Counted from the first letter of the stretch, positions 1-11,526 are shown. The stretch: 64,000 nucleotides of DNA from Acholeplasmataceae bacterium (GCA_963667565.1 OY763415.1:192001-256000), one strand, 5' to 3'. Numbers and translations are program-made. The notes: generated from the sequence alone by a model not told the origin.

Positions 1-939
1 GTATTAACTTCAGGCGGAGATGCACCAGGTATGAACGCTGCAATTCGTGCAGTTGTGAGAACAGGTGAAATCTACGGACATGAAGTTGTCGGCGTAAAAG
101 ATGGCTATAAAGGATTAGTGGATGGTGACTTTTTAAAACTTAATCATCAAAGCGTTTCAGGGATGTTAAGTCGAGGTGGAACTTTTTTAGGCACTTCAAG
201 ATTACCTGAATTTAAAGATGAAAAAGTAAGACAAATCGCGATTAAAAATATGAAAGAAAACGGTATTGATGCCTTAATTGCTATCGGTGGTGATGGTACA
301 TATCACGGTGCGATGGAATTAGCAAAAGAAGGTATTAAAACGATTGGTTTACCAGGAACCATTGATAATGATATTGCAGGTACTGATTTTACAATTGGAT
401 TTGCAACTGCTGTTGAAACAATCGTTGATGCTATTGATAAATTAAGAGATACTTCAAATTCTCATCAAAGAGTGAGTATTATCGAAGTGATGGGACGTAG
501 AAGTGGTGATTTAGCAGTGTATGCCGGTATCTGTGGTGGTGCAGAGTTTATCATTACACCTGAAAATCCAATGGATAAAGACCTCATGGTTGAAACCATT
601 AAGAAATATAAACATGAAGGAAGAAGACATGCAGTCGTTGTTGTGACTGAAAAATTATTAGATGTCCATCAACTTGCTGATGAAATCTCAAATTTATCAG
701 GCTTTTCATCAAGAGCAACTGTATTAGGATATATTCAAAGAGGCGGTTCACCATGTCCTGATGATCGTATTTTAGGATCTCGTATGGGTACATATGCTGT
801 TGAACTCTTAAATGATGATATTCATGGTGTTTGTGTGGGTATTAGAGATTCAAGAATGAATCACCTACCTTTTGCTAATGTTGTTGATCAACATAGACCA
901 AAAAGTGAATTATATAGTTTAGTTAAAAAAGTTTCTTAA
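1..939 (+). CDS. pfkA: 6-phosphofructokinase, ATP-type (5' end lies before the window)
   Basis: Frame is open from base 1 (VLTSGGDAPGMNAAIRAVV); GGDGT, PGTIDND, EVMGR and LGYIQRGG motifs. Confidence 0.97.
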   Translation, partial: VLTSGGDAPGMNAAIRAVVRTGEIYGHEVVGVKDGYKGLVDGDFLKLNHQSVSGMLSRGGTFLGTSRLPEFKDEKVRQIAIKNMKENGIDALIAIGGDGTYHGAMELAKEGIKTIGLPGTIDNDIAGTDFTIGFATAVETIVDAIDKLRDTSNSHQRVSIIEVMGRRSGDLAVYAGICGGAEFIITPENPMDKDLMVETIKKYKHEGRRHAVVVVTEKLLDVHQLADEISNLSGFSSRATVLGYIQRGGSPCPDDRILGSRMGTYAVELLNDDIHGVCVGIRDSRMNHLPFANVVDQHRPKSELYSLVKKVS

Positions 940-975
940 TAAGAAATTTAAAATATAAAAATACACAAGGGAGAA

Positions 976-3606
976 ATGACAATGACCAAGTATGTTTATT
1001 TGTTTAAAGAAGGTAATGCTACCATGCGTAATCTTCTCGGCGGTAAAGGTGCAAACTTAGCCGAAATGACATCTTTGGGAATGCCAGTACCTCAAGGCTT
1101 TACAGTGACAACTGAAGCATGTAATGCTTACTATGACAACGGGAAAGTCATAGCTAAGCAAATCATTGATCAAATCAATGACGCGCTTTTACAAACTGAA
1201 AAAGTTGTAGGTAAGAAGTTTGGCGATCCAAATGATCCATTTTTAGTATCTGTTCGTTCAGGTGCACGTGCATCCATGCCAGGTATGATGGATACCATCT
1301 TAAATTTAGGACTTAATGATGAGGCAGTTGTAGGACTTGCTAAATTAACAAACAATCCTAGATTTGCTTACGATTCATATCGTAGATTTATGCAAATGTT
1401 TTCTGATGTCGTTATGGACATCGATAAAGAAAACTTTGAGGCTTTATTATCAAAAATGAAAAAAGCTAAAGGTGTTCAACAAGACACAGACTTAAACGCA
1501 GAAGACATGAAAGCTTTAGTTTCCGAATATAAGGCGAAATATTTAGAACTTAAAGGTGAACCTTTCCCACAAGATCCTAAAGAACAATTAATTGAAGCTA
1601 TCACTGCTGTATTTAGATCATGGGATAACCCAAGAGCAAATACTTATCGTAGATTAAATAGCATTCCTTACGAATGGGGAACTGCAGTTAACGTTCAATC
1701 TATGGTATTTGGTAATATGGGTGATGATTCAGGTACTGGGGTTGCATTTACACGTAATCCATCTACTGGTGAACATGAATTATATGGTGAATACTTATTT
1801 AATGCACAAGGTGAAGACGTTGTAGCTGGTATTCGTACACCAAAACCTATTTCAGAATTAAAAAATGATAATCCTGCATTATATGAAGAATTCCAAAGAA
1901 TTGCATCTAAATTAGAAGAACACTATAGAGATATGCAAGATATGGAATTTACCATTGAACGCGGTAAATTATTTATGCTTCAAACAAGAAATGGTAAACG
2001 TACTGCACAAGCAGCTTTAAAAATCGCAATCGATTTAGTTAAAGAAGGCGTTCTATCTAAAAAAGAAGCTTTATTAAAGGTTGAACCTCAACAATTAGAT
2101 TCATTATTACATCCTCAATTTAATCCTGATGCTTTAGCTAAAGCTAAACTCATTACTACAGGTTTAAATGCATCACCTGGTGCAGCAACTGGTAGAGTTG
2201 TGTTTACTGCTGATCGTGCTAAAGAATTAAAAGAAAAAGATGGACTTCCTGTTGTCTTAGTTCGTGAAGAAACTTCACCAGAAGATATCGAAGGTATGGT
2301 TGTTTCATCTGGTATTTTAACTGCTCGTGGTGGTATGACATCACATGCAGCTGTTGTTGCTCGTGGTATGGGTACTTGCTGTGTTGCAGGTGCTGGACAA
2401 GTTCACGTTTATGAAGAAGAAGGTTTCTTTGAAGTAGGCGGAGAAAAATATCATGAAGGTGATTGGATTTCACTTGATGGTTCGACTGGTAAAGTTTATG
2501 GCCAAAAAGTTGAAACTAAAGATGCAACTGTTTCAGGTGATTTTGAGACATTAATGGCATGGGCTGACGAACATCGTTCACTTGATGTAAGAGCGAATGC
2601 TGATAATCCAAGAGATGCTAAAGTTGCTTATAACTATGGTGCTCATGGTATTGGTTTATGTCGTACTGAACATATGTTCTTTGAAGAAGGTAGAATTTCA
2701 GCAGTGAGAGAAATGATTGCTGCTAAAAATCAAGAAGAACGTAAAAAAGCATTAGAAAAAATTCTTCCAATGCAAAAATCAGATTTCATTGAGTTATATA
2801 AGGAAATGAAAGGCTATCCAGTAACCATTCGTTACTTAGATCCACCACTTCATGAATTCTTACCAACAGAACAAGATGATATCGTTGCCCTTGCAAAAGA
2901 TATGGGAATTCCTACAAATGAATTAACTGCAACCATTATTGAATTACATGAAAGTAATCCAATGTTAGGTCATCGTGGTGTTCGTTTAAGTATTACATAC
3001 CCAGAAATTGCAGAAATGCAAACAAGAGCTGTCATTGAAGCTGCTATTGAAGTGAATAAAGAAGGTATGAATGTTGTACCTGAAATCATGATTCCACTTG
3101 TTGGTGATGTTAAAGAATTGAAATACATTAAAGAAGTAGTCGTTAAAACTGCAGATGAAGTTATTAAAGCATCTGGCGCAAATCTTGTTTATCATGTAGG
3201 TACTATGATTGAAATTCCTAGAGCTGCATTATTGGCAGACGAAATTGCTAAAGAAGCAGAATTCTTCAGTTTTGGTACTAATGACTTAACTCAAATGACA
3301 TTTGGCTTTAGCCGTGATGATGCTGGAAAATTTTTAGCTGATTACTATCAAAAGAAGATATTTGAAAATGATCCATTTGCACATATCGACCAAAAAGGTG
3401 TTGGTCAATTAATGAAAATGGCTTCTAAGTTAGGTAAAGAAACAAGACCTGATATTAAATTAGGTATTTGTGGTGAACATGGTGGAGATCCTCAATCTGT
3501 GGAATTCTGTCATAATATTGGCTTATCTTACGTTTCATGTTCTCCATTTAGAGTTCCTATCGCAAGACTTGCAGCTGCTCACGCAAACATTAAAAATCCA
3601 AGATAA
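976..3606 (+). CDS. ppdK: Pyruvate phosphate dikinase
   Basis: LLGGKGANLAEM, VSVRSGARASMPGMMDT, GGMTSHAAVVARG phospho-His motif, FSFGTNDLTQ, GICGEHGG. Confidence 0.98.
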   Translation: MTMTKYVYLFKEGNATMRNLLGGKGANLAEMTSLGMPVPQGFTVTTEACNAYYDNGKVIAKQIIDQINDALLQTEKVVGKKFGDPNDPFLVSVRSGARASMPGMMDTILNLGLNDEAVVGLAKLTNNPRFAYDSYRRFMQMFSDVVMDIDKENFEALLSKMKKAKGVQQDTDLNAEDMKALVSEYKAKYLELKGEPFPQDPKEQLIEAITAVFRSWDNPRANTYRRLNSIPYEWGTAVNVQSMVFGNMGDDSGTGVAFTRNPSTGEHELYGEYLFNAQGEDVVAGIRTPKPISELKNDNPALYEEFQRIASKLEEHYRDMQDMEFTIERGKLFMLQTRNGKRTAQAALKIAIDLVKEGVLSKKEALLKVEPQQLDSLLHPQFNPDALAKAKLITTGLNASPGAATGRVVFTADRAKELKEKDGLPVVLVREETSPEDIEGMVVSSGILTARGGMTSHAAVVARGMGTCCVAGAGQVHVYEEEGFFEVGGEKYHEGDWISLDGSTGKVYGQKVETKDATVSGDFETLMAWADEHRSLDVRANADNPRDAKVAYNYGAHGIGLCRTEHMFFEEGRISAVREMIAAKNQEERKKALEKILPMQKSDFIELYKEMKGYPVTIRYLDPPLHEFLPTEQDDIVALAKDMGIPTNELTATIIELHESNPMLGHRGVRLSITYPEIAEMQTRAVIEAAIEVNKEGMNVVPEIMIPLVGDVKELKYIKEVVVKTADEVIKASGANLVYHVGTMIEIPRAALLADEIAKEAEFFSFGTNDLTQMTFGFSRDDAGKFLADYYQKKIFENDPFAHIDQKGVGQLMKMASKLGKETRPDIKLGICGEHGGDPQSVEFCHNIGLSYVSCSPFRVPIARLAAAHANIKNPR

Positions 3607-3611
3607 ATGAT

Positions 3612-3644
3612 AAAGACCTATGATGACCTCATAGGTCTTTTTTT
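3612..3644 (+). terminator. Intrinsic terminator after ppdK
   Basis: aaagacctatga / tcataggtcttt stem followed by T run. Confidence 0.85.
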
Positions 3645-3731
3645 ATAAAAAAGAAATTATTTAAATTATGTCCTTTGAATTATGTAAATTTCATGTAAAA
3701 TAGAAATGGTACAAAATGAAGGAGGACGAGC

Positions 3732-5438
3732 ATGCCTATTTTACTATTTGCAGATTATTCTGAGAATTTTATGAACTTAGTTGGGGGACTCGCGTTATTT
3801 TTATTTGGTATTAATTTAATGAGTGATTCATTAAAATTAGCCGCTGGTAACAAACTTAAAATGATTATTGAAAAATCAACAAATACACCTTTAAAAGGTA
3901 TTTTTGTTGGTGTTTTATTAACGATGTTGATTCAATCATCTTCAGGAACAACTGCACTTATGATTGGTTTGGTTAGATCTGGACTTATGACTTTACCACA
4001 ATCTGTGGGAATTATTATGGGAGCAAACATTGGGACAACCGTGACTGCTTTCATCATTGCATTACCAATTGCTAAATATGGTTTATACATGTTATTTATC
4101 GGTGTGATTATGTTTTTCTTTAAAAACAAACGTGTTAAACACTTTGGTGGCGTCTTAATTGGACTTGGAATGTTATTCTTTGGATTAGAGACAATGAGTG
4201 CTGGTTTAAAGCCACTGGCTTCAACAGAAACCGCACATCAAATGTTTAATGTGTTTTCTCAAAATTGGTTTTTAGGCTCAATCTTTGGTACATTATTTAC
4301 AATGCTTATTCAATCTTCATCAGCATCCATTGGGGTTTTACAATACTTATATGGTCTTAATGCTCAAGGTATAGAATCAATTACTTTAAATGGCGCAATT
4401 CCTATTTTATTAGGAGCTAACGTCGGAACAACCATTACAGCATTACTTGCATCAATTGGTGGTAACACAGAAAGTAAACGAGCTGCATTCATTCATATTT
4501 TATTTAATTTACTTTCAATGATTGTTTTCCTCATTATATTAGTACCATATGAACATTTAGTTCAATGGATTGAAGATAAATATTTAGCACCATTCTCTAA
4601 GTGGACCATTGCACTTGCACATGCATTCCAAAACATCACGATGACTTTCTTATTGTATTGGTTTATCCATCCAATGATTAAAGCAGCGAAGTTCTTTGTT
4701 AAAGATAACGAAAAGAAATTTATCACTGATGATATGTTTGATGAGAAGTTGATTGGAGAATCACCATTGCTCGCATTAGAGTTTGTTCAAAAAACAGTAC
4801 TTTATATGGGATCAGTTGTTAAAGATTACGTAGATATCGTTTTAGATTATTCACATCAAGAAAAACAAAATCTTGTTCAAGAAGGTTATGTTCATGAAAA
4901 TATCTTAGATACGTATAATACAAAACTTCATGACTATTTAATTAAAATTTCTCAAGCAGGATTAGATGAAGTCAATTCAGCAAAACTTTCAAGAGACTTA
5001 GATACCATTAAAGATTTTGAACGTATTGGAGATCATTTAACTAATATTCTTGATTTCTTTGTTGAAAGATATGAAGAAAATCAACAAGTGAGTGAAGAAG
5101 GTAGAAAAGAACTAGATCATTTATTTAAAGTCATTCATCAAATGCTAGATGATACATTATATAGTTTTGAAAATCAAGATGTTTCAAAAGCTAAAGAAGT
5201 GATTAAAAACGAAGATTTAGTGGATGAATTAGAAGAAACATATCGATTTAAACATATTGAAAGATTGAAACAAGGTGAAGTGAAGTATAGCAATGCTGAA
5301 AACTTTGTAGATATCCTTGCTAATTTAGAAAGAATTGCTGATCATTTAATGAACATTGCGAGTTCAGTGATTGAGCCACTTTATGTGCCTCAAGATGTCA
5401 TGATTCCTAAACCTAAAGAAATCGATAAAGATATATAA
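3732..5438 (+). CDS. Na/Pi cotransporter family protein with C-terminal PhoU-like domain
   Basis: Two QSSS...GAN(I/V)GTT repeats; ERIGDH and ERIADH PhoU-like motifs; RBS ggagg. Confidence 0.92.
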   Translation: MPILLFADYSENFMNLVGGLALFLFGINLMSDSLKLAAGNKLKMIIEKSTNTPLKGIFVGVLLTMLIQSSSGTTALMIGLVRSGLMTLPQSVGIIMGANIGTTVTAFIIALPIAKYGLYMLFIGVIMFFFKNKRVKHFGGVLIGLGMLFFGLETMSAGLKPLASTETAHQMFNVFSQNWFLGSIFGTLFTMLIQSSSASIGVLQYLYGLNAQGIESITLNGAIPILLGANVGTTITALLASIGGNTESKRAAFIHILFNLLSMIVFLIILVPYEHLVQWIEDKYLAPFSKWTIALAHAFQNITMTFLLYWFIHPMIKAAKFFVKDNEKKFITDDMFDEKLIGESPLLALEFVQKTVLYMGSVVKDYVDIVLDYSHQEKQNLVQEGYVHENILDTYNTKLHDYLIKISQAGLDEVNSAKLSRDLDTIKDFERIGDHLTNILDFFVERYEENQQVSEEGRKELDHLFKVIHQMLDDTLYSFENQDVSKAKEVIKNEDLVDELEETYRFKHIERLKQGEVKYSNAENFVDILANLERIADHLMNIASSVIEPLYVPQDVMIPKPKEIDKDI

Positions 5439-5442
5439 TCTT

Positions 5443-5479
5443 AAAAAGTCTTGCAGATGTTTTCTGTAAGACTTTTTTT
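5443..5479 (+). terminator. Intrinsic terminator
   Basis: aaaaagtcttgcaga / tctgtaagactttttt. Confidence 0.8.
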
Positions 5480-5560
5480 GTTATGGTTCAACATCTAAAC
5501 TTTCATCCTTATTCTATGTTATAATGCATGTAGATACGACTGATAAAGAAGGTATAAGTT

Positions 5561-7513
5561 ATGTTTGAATTAAAAGCGCCTTATGTGCCTAGAGGGGATC
5601 AAATTAAGGCGATTGAAACATTAAAAGAAAATATAAAAAAAGGGCATAAAGAACAAGTCTTGTTAGGTGCTACAGGTACAGGTAAAACTTTTACCATGGC
5701 TAATGTGATTCAGACATTGCAAAAAAAGACTTTAATACTTGCACCTAATAAAACACTAGCTGGTCAATTGTATGGTGAGTTAAAAGCTTTTTTTCCAAGT
5801 AATCGTGTCGAATATTTTATTTCATACTATGATTATTATCAACCCGAAGCTTATGTTGTTTCAACTGATACATATATAGAAAAAGATTCATCAATTAATG
5901 ATGAGATTGATGAAATGAGACACAGTGCGACAGCTGCTTTACTAGAGTCTGATGATGTCATTGTTGTTGCATCCGTTTCTTGTATATATGGGATTGGGGA
6001 TCCAGATGATTATAAAAACTCAATGATGTTTTTAAGAGTTGGCCATGAGTATGGTAGAGATCAAATGATCAATAAACTTGTTGAGTTAACATATCAAAGA
6101 AATGATATGGATTTTCATAGAGGAACCTTTAGAGTTAGAGGCGACATTGTAGAAGTCATTCCTGCATATGAAAGAGCTAAAGGGATTAGAGTCTCTTTTT
6201 TCGGTGATGAAATTGAAGAGATTAAAACATTTGATGTCTTAACTGGTCAAGCGTATGAGTCCCTTGATTATATCACGATATTTCCAGCAACACATTTTAT
6301 GACAAACAAAGAAAAACTTGATGAAACCATTAGAAGAATTCACAATGAATTACAAGATCAAATACTTTATTTTAAATCAAATCAAATGTTATTAGAAGCA
6401 CAGAGAATTGAACAAAGAACAAAATACGATATTGAAATGCTTCAAGAAATCGGTATGTGTAGTGGTATTGAAAACTATTCTCGTCATTTATCACTTCGTG
6501 AAGCAGGAGAAACGCCAGCAACACTCATCGATTTTTTTGGTGATGATTTCTTACTTATTATTGATGAATCACATGTTACAATTCCACAAGTTAGAGGGAT
6601 GTATGCAGGTGATAGATCAAGAAAAACAACACTTGTTAATCATGGGTTTAGGTTGCCATCTGCACTAGATAATAGACCATTACAATTTGATGAATTTGAG
6701 CATAAGCTTGATAAAGTAATCTATTTATCGGCAACACCAGGCGATTATGAGAAAAATAAAGGAATACCCATTGTTGAACAAATCATCCGTCCAACATATT
6801 TATTAGATCCAGTGATTGAAATTAGAAAAACACTTGGGCAAATCGATGATCTTTACTTTGAAATTAAAGACAGAGTCTCTAAAAATGAAAGAGTGCTTGT
6901 GACAACTCTTACCATTAGAATGAGTGAAGACTTAACGAAGTATTTTAAGGAACTTGGATTAAAAGTAGCTTATTTACACAGTGAAATTAAAGCGCTTGAA
7001 CGTATTCGTATTTTAAGAGATCTAAGACTTGGTAAATATGATTGCTTGATCGGTATTAATTTACTTAGAGAAGGACTTGATTTACCAGAAGTCAGTTTGG
7101 TTGCGATTCTAGATGCCGATAAACAAGGATTTTTAAGATCTGAAAGATCACTCATTCAAACGATTGGTCGAGCTGCCAGAAATCAAAACGGAAAAGTTAT
7201 CATGTATGCTGATAGCACTTCGCAAGCGATGCAATTTGCAATAGATGAAACTGCAAGAAGAAGAGCATTACAGCTTAAATTTAATGAAGATAATCAAGTA
7301 GAACCAGTTACAGTTCAAAAAGATATTAGAGAGCAAATCTCAATGAAACAAGAAGTGATTGAAGAAGAAAAAACTTATGAAAAAATGTCAAAACAAGATG
7401 TTAAGGATACGATTAAACGTCTAGAAAAACAAATGAATGAGGCTGCTAAAGAACTAGACTTTGAAAAAGCAGCAGAGATTAGAGATTTAATTTTTGAACT
7501 CCGTTCACAGTGA
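5561..7513 (+). CDS. uvrB: Excinuclease ABC subunit B
   Basis: [37 protein letters not shown]-terminal UVR domain ([11 protein letters not shown]). Confidence 0.98.
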   Translation: MFELKAPYVPRGDQIKAIETLKENIKKGHKEQVLLGATGTGKTFTMANVIQTLQKKTLILAPNKTLAGQLYGELKAFFPSNRVEYFISYYDYYQPEAYVVSTDTYIEKDSSINDEIDEMRHSATAALLESDDVIVVASVSCIYGIGDPDDYKNSMMFLRVGHEYGRDQMINKLVELTYQRNDMDFHRGTFRVRGDIVEVIPAYERAKGIRVSFFGDEIEEIKTFDVLTGQAYESLDYITIFPATHFMTNKEKLDETIRRIHNELQDQILYFKSNQMLLEAQRIEQRTKYDIEMLQEIGMCSGIENYSRHLSLREAGETPATLIDFFGDDFLLIIDESHVTIPQVRGMYAGDRSRKTTLVNHGFRLPSALDNRPLQFDEFEHKLDKVIYLSATPGDYEKNKGIPIVEQIIRPTYLLDPVIEIRKTLGQIDDLYFEIKDRVSKNERVLVTTLTIRMSEDLTKYFKELGLKVAYLHSEIKALERIRILRDLRLGKYDCLIGINLLREGLDLPEVSLVAILDADKQGFLRSERSLIQTIGRAARNQNGKVIMYADSTSQAMQFAIDETARRRALQLKFNEDNQVEPVTVQKDIREQISMKQEVIEEEKTYEKMSKQDVKDTIKRLEKQMNEAAKELDFEKAAEIRDLIFELRSQ

Positions 7514-7520
7514 GGTTAAC

Positions 7521-8138
7521 ATGCATAAAGAGCTTATTGTGTTAAAAGCAGTGATTGCTGCTGATTATAAAAGACACGTTAAAAAATTTTCTAAATATGA
7601 AGAGGGAAAAGAAATAGCCATCATTGGTGACTCTATGGTTGGATATTTTCCAATGAAAAAACTCAAAATGGAAGACAAATACTATAATTTAGGTATCCCT
7701 GGTGATACAACACAAGGTGTACTTGATCGTATTGAGCAATTAATAAGATTAAAACCTAAAAAAGTGTTTGTCCATATAGGACTCAATGATTTTATGCTCA
7801 CAGAATTAGAGACAGATGACATTTATGCTAATATCATGAATATTTGCCAAATCATTGAAGATCAAGTTAAGGATGTTGATATACATATTATTAATATGAC
7901 ACCTATTAACATCTCAAGATTTTCTCATCATTTATTTACAAGATATCGAAAACTAGATGATACAGATCTTCTTAATGTAAAACTTTTAGAACAAAAGCGA
8001 TATAAAGTAATTGATTTATATAAACTGCTTGTTGATGAACATAAAGAATTAACCTATGAACTTACAAGAGATGGCATACATTTAAATGAAGATGGCTATA
8101 AAATATATTTAAAAGCAATAGAAACACCTTTCAATTAA
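7521..8138 (+). CDS. SGNH/GDSL-type hydrolase
   Basis: IGDSM, GIPGDTT, GLND, DGIH blocks; ATG 7521 follows gagg. Confidence 0.88.
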   Translation: MHKELIVLKAVIAADYKRHVKKFSKYEEGKEIAIIGDSMVGYFPMKKLKMEDKYYNLGIPGDTTQGVLDRIEQLIRLKPKKVFVHIGLNDFMLTELETDDIYANIMNICQIIEDQVKDVDIHIINMTPINISRFSHHLFTRYRKLDDTDLLNVKLLEQKRYKVIDLYKLLVDEHKELTYELTRDGIHLNEDGYKIYLKAIETPFN

Positions 8139-8159
8139 GGTGTTTTTATTTTATAATAA
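8125..8159 (+). repeat. 35-bp direct repeat copy 1 (terminator hairpin plus TATAAT)
   Basis: cacctttcaattaaggtgtttttattttataataa; 34/35 identical to 9466-9500. Confidence 0.85.
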
Positions 8160-8186
8160 ATGTAAAGAAACACATTGGAGGAAACT

Positions 8187-9449
8187 ATGAATAACCCTAT
8201 CATTGTTTTAGGTGGTATTGCATTATCACATGTTTATATTCATGATAATGGTTTTCTAAAAAACAATTTACAACGGGTGTCTGACAAATTAAATGAAGAT
8301 CATCGATTTATTTGGGATTTTGATGTAAATTCAAGACCTTATATTGAAAAGTTTTCGCGTTCAAAAAGTTCATATGAAAAAATTACTTTTAGAGAAATTA
8401 TTGCGTCAGCAAAAATCAAATCGACGTATATAGAAGAACAAAATAAGAGTAAAGAAGAAGAGACCTTTTTAAAACATACTGAAATATATTTTTATAAAAA
8501 TGGAAATGTTGTGATTTTAACTAAATATCCATTTAATGCAACTTTTAGATCTATAGAACAATATGAAGATAGTGTCAAACAAATTCATTTGGATTATAAA
8601 TTATATATTAAAGAAATTTTTTATCAATCAATCATTAAATATGTAGAAGCATTTAAAACAATTAATCACCCTAGTATCATTATACTAAGTGAACCTCTTG
8701 ATAAAGGTATCAAAGAAAAAGTATTACGTTTTTCAATAATGAATCATTTTATCAATGATGATTATCAAAATCTAATTTATAAAGATATGTTTAAAGATTG
8801 TGAGTATTTACCAAATAATCAAGAAATTATTTTAGATGATTTATATATTAGATTGGGATGGACGCATTCCTTATTTATCAGTCAAAATATTGATTTTTCA
8901 AGAGATGAAAACATCGATTTATATAGTATGTACTTACGTACAATTCTTGCTAATTGGTCAGCACTCGAGAGTTTACGATATCATGTAAGTAGGCTAGAAT
9001 CTTTTTATTACACTAAGATAGAAACAAAAGAGATTTCATATAAAGAAATCATAAAAAGACGAGAAGAATTTAAAGAATTTATCTTAAAAATCGAAGATAC
9101 TTTTATCACTATCGATAGTTATCAGGCGACAAACCATCCGATTGCTAAACATGTTTTGTCCATGTATCAAAAAGTTTTCGAGGAAAAACAAGCAGCTAAA
9201 AGAGTGAAAAAACAAATTGCATCACTATCTAATAAAATTGATTTCATGTATCAAAAACAAAAGAGTGATTTAGATCAATCCATGAATATCACTTTGTTTG
9301 CGATTGCGTTACTATCTGTGATAAATGCTGCTGATTTAGTGTATCAAATTATATTTCAGTATGATGTGTTTCCTAGTATATTTATTAGCGCAATTTCATT
9401 TGTATCCTTGCTATTTATTTTATTCTTCGCCTTTAGACATAAAAAATAA
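8187..9449 (+). CDS. Hypothetical protein with helical body and two C-terminal TM helices (CorA-like topology, weak)
   Basis: Long ORF, RBS ggagg before ATG 8187, two hydrophobic segments at C-terminus. Confidence 0.6.
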   Translation: MNNPIIVLGGIALSHVYIHDNGFLKNNLQRVSDKLNEDHRFIWDFDVNSRPYIEKFSRSKSSYEKITFREIIASAKIKSTYIEEQNKSKEEETFLKHTEIYFYKNGNVVILTKYPFNATFRSIEQYEDSVKQIHLDYKLYIKEIFYQSIIKYVEAFKTINHPSIIILSEPLDKGIKEKVLRFSIMNHFINDDYQNLIYKDMFKDCEYLPNNQEIILDDLYIRLGWTHSLFISQNIDFSRDENIDLYSMYLRTILANWSALESLRYHVSRLESFYYTKIETKEISYKEIIKRREEFKEFILKIEDTFITIDSYQATNHPIAKHVLSMYQKVFEEKQAAKRVKKQIASLSNKIDFMYQKQKSDLDQSMNITLFAIALLSVINAADLVYQIIFQYDVFPSIFISAISFVSLLFILFFAFRHKK

Positions 9450-9465
9450 GTTAAATTTATCAAGG

Positions 9466-9500
9466 CACCTTTTAATTAAGGTGTTTTTATTTTATAATAA
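9466..9500 (+). repeat. 35-bp direct repeat copy 2 (terminator hairpin plus TATAAT)
   Basis: caccttttaattaaggtgtttttattttataataa. Confidence 0.85.
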
Positions 9501-9529
9501 TTCTATACACAGTACTCTGGGAGGATTAC

Positions 9530-10429
9530 ATGAAACTTAATGATTATGCAATGAAATTTGACATGGAGATTTCTAATGAAGTCCCTTTTAAAAATGTCGA
9601 AGGTTTTAAAGTACAACTTAGTGAAATGCAAGTGGGTTATGTTAGACAAGTCATGATGGTGTTTACTTGCAATAGAATGCTAAGCAGTAATGATCAAAAG
9701 GTCATTAGAAAAGCAATTGGGCTTGGTGGTATGTATGTAAAGAGTGTCGGTCTAGCAAACAATGCTATTTTTGTACCGGTAGCAAAAAACATGAAACCTG
9801 AGGTTTTTGATATCAAAATATCAAAAATTGTAAGTGCACTTAATGGACTAAACATTAAAGATTTAAATTATTGTCCATTTTGTGGAAGCGCAGAAGAACT
9901 TGATGGTATAAGAAATGTTGAAGGTGTTAATATTGTAGTACACAATCATTGTGTCGAAGAATTTTTAGAAAAAGCTGAAAATGAACTTGTTGCTCATGAA
10001 AGTGGATCATATCTTAAAGGGCTTCTTTATGGATTGGGTGGAGCTTTACTTGGTGCAATTCCAGCAATCATTTCTTTGTTTGGGTTTGGTTTTTATTCAG
10101 CATGGTTATTTTTAATCATTCCACTAGTTTCATTTTGGCTATATAAAAAGAGTGGTTCACCTAAAACCATGATTGCTGTGACCTATGTTGCAATTGTTTC
10201 AGTTATCATCTCTGAACTCATTGGATTATTATATTATGCTGCACTACTTCAAGTTTTAGGAGCAACATTTGCAGATATGTTTGCAGATGCAGAATATAAA
10301 GGTTATTTTATTACTGACATGTCAATGATTTTATTATTTTCACTTCTTGGTGTGTTTATCGCATGGAACTTCATGTATAAAACAACTTCTCAAGCAATGA
10401 GAAAAAATCTATCACAATATAAAAAATAA
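9530..10429 (+). CDS. Hypothetical membrane protein with CPFC...HxxC zinc-ribbon-like motif
   Basis: RBS ggagg; YCPFCG and HNHC; about 4 C-terminal TM segments. Confidence 0.65.
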   Translation: MKLNDYAMKFDMEISNEVPFKNVEGFKVQLSEMQVGYVRQVMMVFTCNRMLSSNDQKVIRKAIGLGGMYVKSVGLANNAIFVPVAKNMKPEVFDIKISKIVSALNGLNIKDLNYCPFCGSAEELDGIRNVEGVNIVVHNHCVEEFLEKAENELVAHESGSYLKGLLYGLGGALLGAIPAIISLFGFGFYSAWLFLIIPLVSFWLYKKSGSPKTMIAVTYVAIVSVIISELIGLLYYAALLQVLGATFADMFADAEYKGYFITDMSMILLFSLLGVFIAWNFMYKTTSQAMRKNLSQYKK

Positions 10430-10482
10430 AATGTAAGCACCAGATCAAACGATTTGGTGTTTTCTAAAATATAAGAGGATAT

Positions 10483-11457
10483 ATGAAAGGTATTAATTTA
10501 GGTGGATGGTTTGTTTTAGAAGGTTGGATGAACCGACCATTATTTAAACAAGTAAGAAGTACATGTAAGGATGAAACTTGTTTCACATTGGAATTTCCAG
10601 ATAGTAAAAAAGCACTTCTTGAGCATCATAATCATTGGATTGAAAAAGAAGATATCATATGGTTAAAAAATCAAGGTTTTGACTTGGTTAGGATTCCAGT
10701 ACCATGGTGGTTTTTAGGTGAAGGTGGATATCATAGAAGTGTAGAAATACTTGACGAAAAACTTAGAATGATCAATGATTTAGGTATGGATTTTATGATT
10801 GATCTTCATACAGCACCTGGATGTCAAAATGGGTTTGATAATGGTGGTATAGAAGGTGTTTTAACATGGCATCTTGATCAAGCAAATATTGATAAAACAA
10901 CAGAGATTTGTGTTGCTTTAATGAAACGATATGATCATTTAGAACATTTTCACAGCATTGAGTTACTCAATGAACCATTTGTAAGCATAGATCTTGATAT
11001 CATTTATAAGTTTTATTTAGATACTTATCGTGAATTAAGAAAAATCAATCAAAAGCGATTGATTGTTTTTCATGATGCATTTAGAATTCACGCATGGAAA
11101 GATTTTTTTACGTCAAATGATTTAGAGCATGTTGCACTTGATACACATATGTATCAATGTTTTAGTAAAGAAGATCACGCTCTTGATTTAGAAGGACATT
11201 TAGCAAAAGCGAAACAAAGATTTAAAATCATTGACGAAATTCAGTCATTTGTTCCATTAATCATTGGTGAATGGTCTTTAGGTCTTCATCTTAATTTAGA
11301 AGATTTAATTGAAAATGATGTATTAAAATCCTATTATGATGCTCAACTTGAAGGTATGAAAAACGCTTATGCAACAATTTTCTGGAGTTATAAAATCAAT
11401 TCACAAACTCATGCAGGATGGAATTTTAGACAACTTATTGAAAAAGATATTTTATAA
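10483..11457 (+). CDS. Glycoside hydrolase family 5 (exo-beta-1,3-glucanase-like)
   Basis: GINLGGWFVLEGWM, IDLHTAPGCQNGFDN, catalytic NEP and GEW. Confidence 0.9.
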   Translation: MKGINLGGWFVLEGWMNRPLFKQVRSTCKDETCFTLEFPDSKKALLEHHNHWIEKEDIIWLKNQGFDLVRIPVPWWFLGEGGYHRSVEILDEKLRMINDLGMDFMIDLHTAPGCQNGFDNGGIEGVLTWHLDQANIDKTTEICVALMKRYDHLEHFHSIELLNEPFVSIDLDIIYKFYLDTYRELRKINQKRLIVFHDAFRIHAWKDFFTSNDLEHVALDTHMYQCFSKEDHALDLEGHLAKAKQRFKIIDEIQSFVPLIIGEWSLGLHLNLEDLIENDVLKSYYDAQLEGMKNAYATIFWSYKINSQTHAGWNFRQLIEKDIL

Positions 11458-11526
11458 TATGTTTAATTTATCTTTTTTAAATAGAAAAAATCATATATAA
11501 TGTAATTAAAAGAGAGAGGTATCTAT

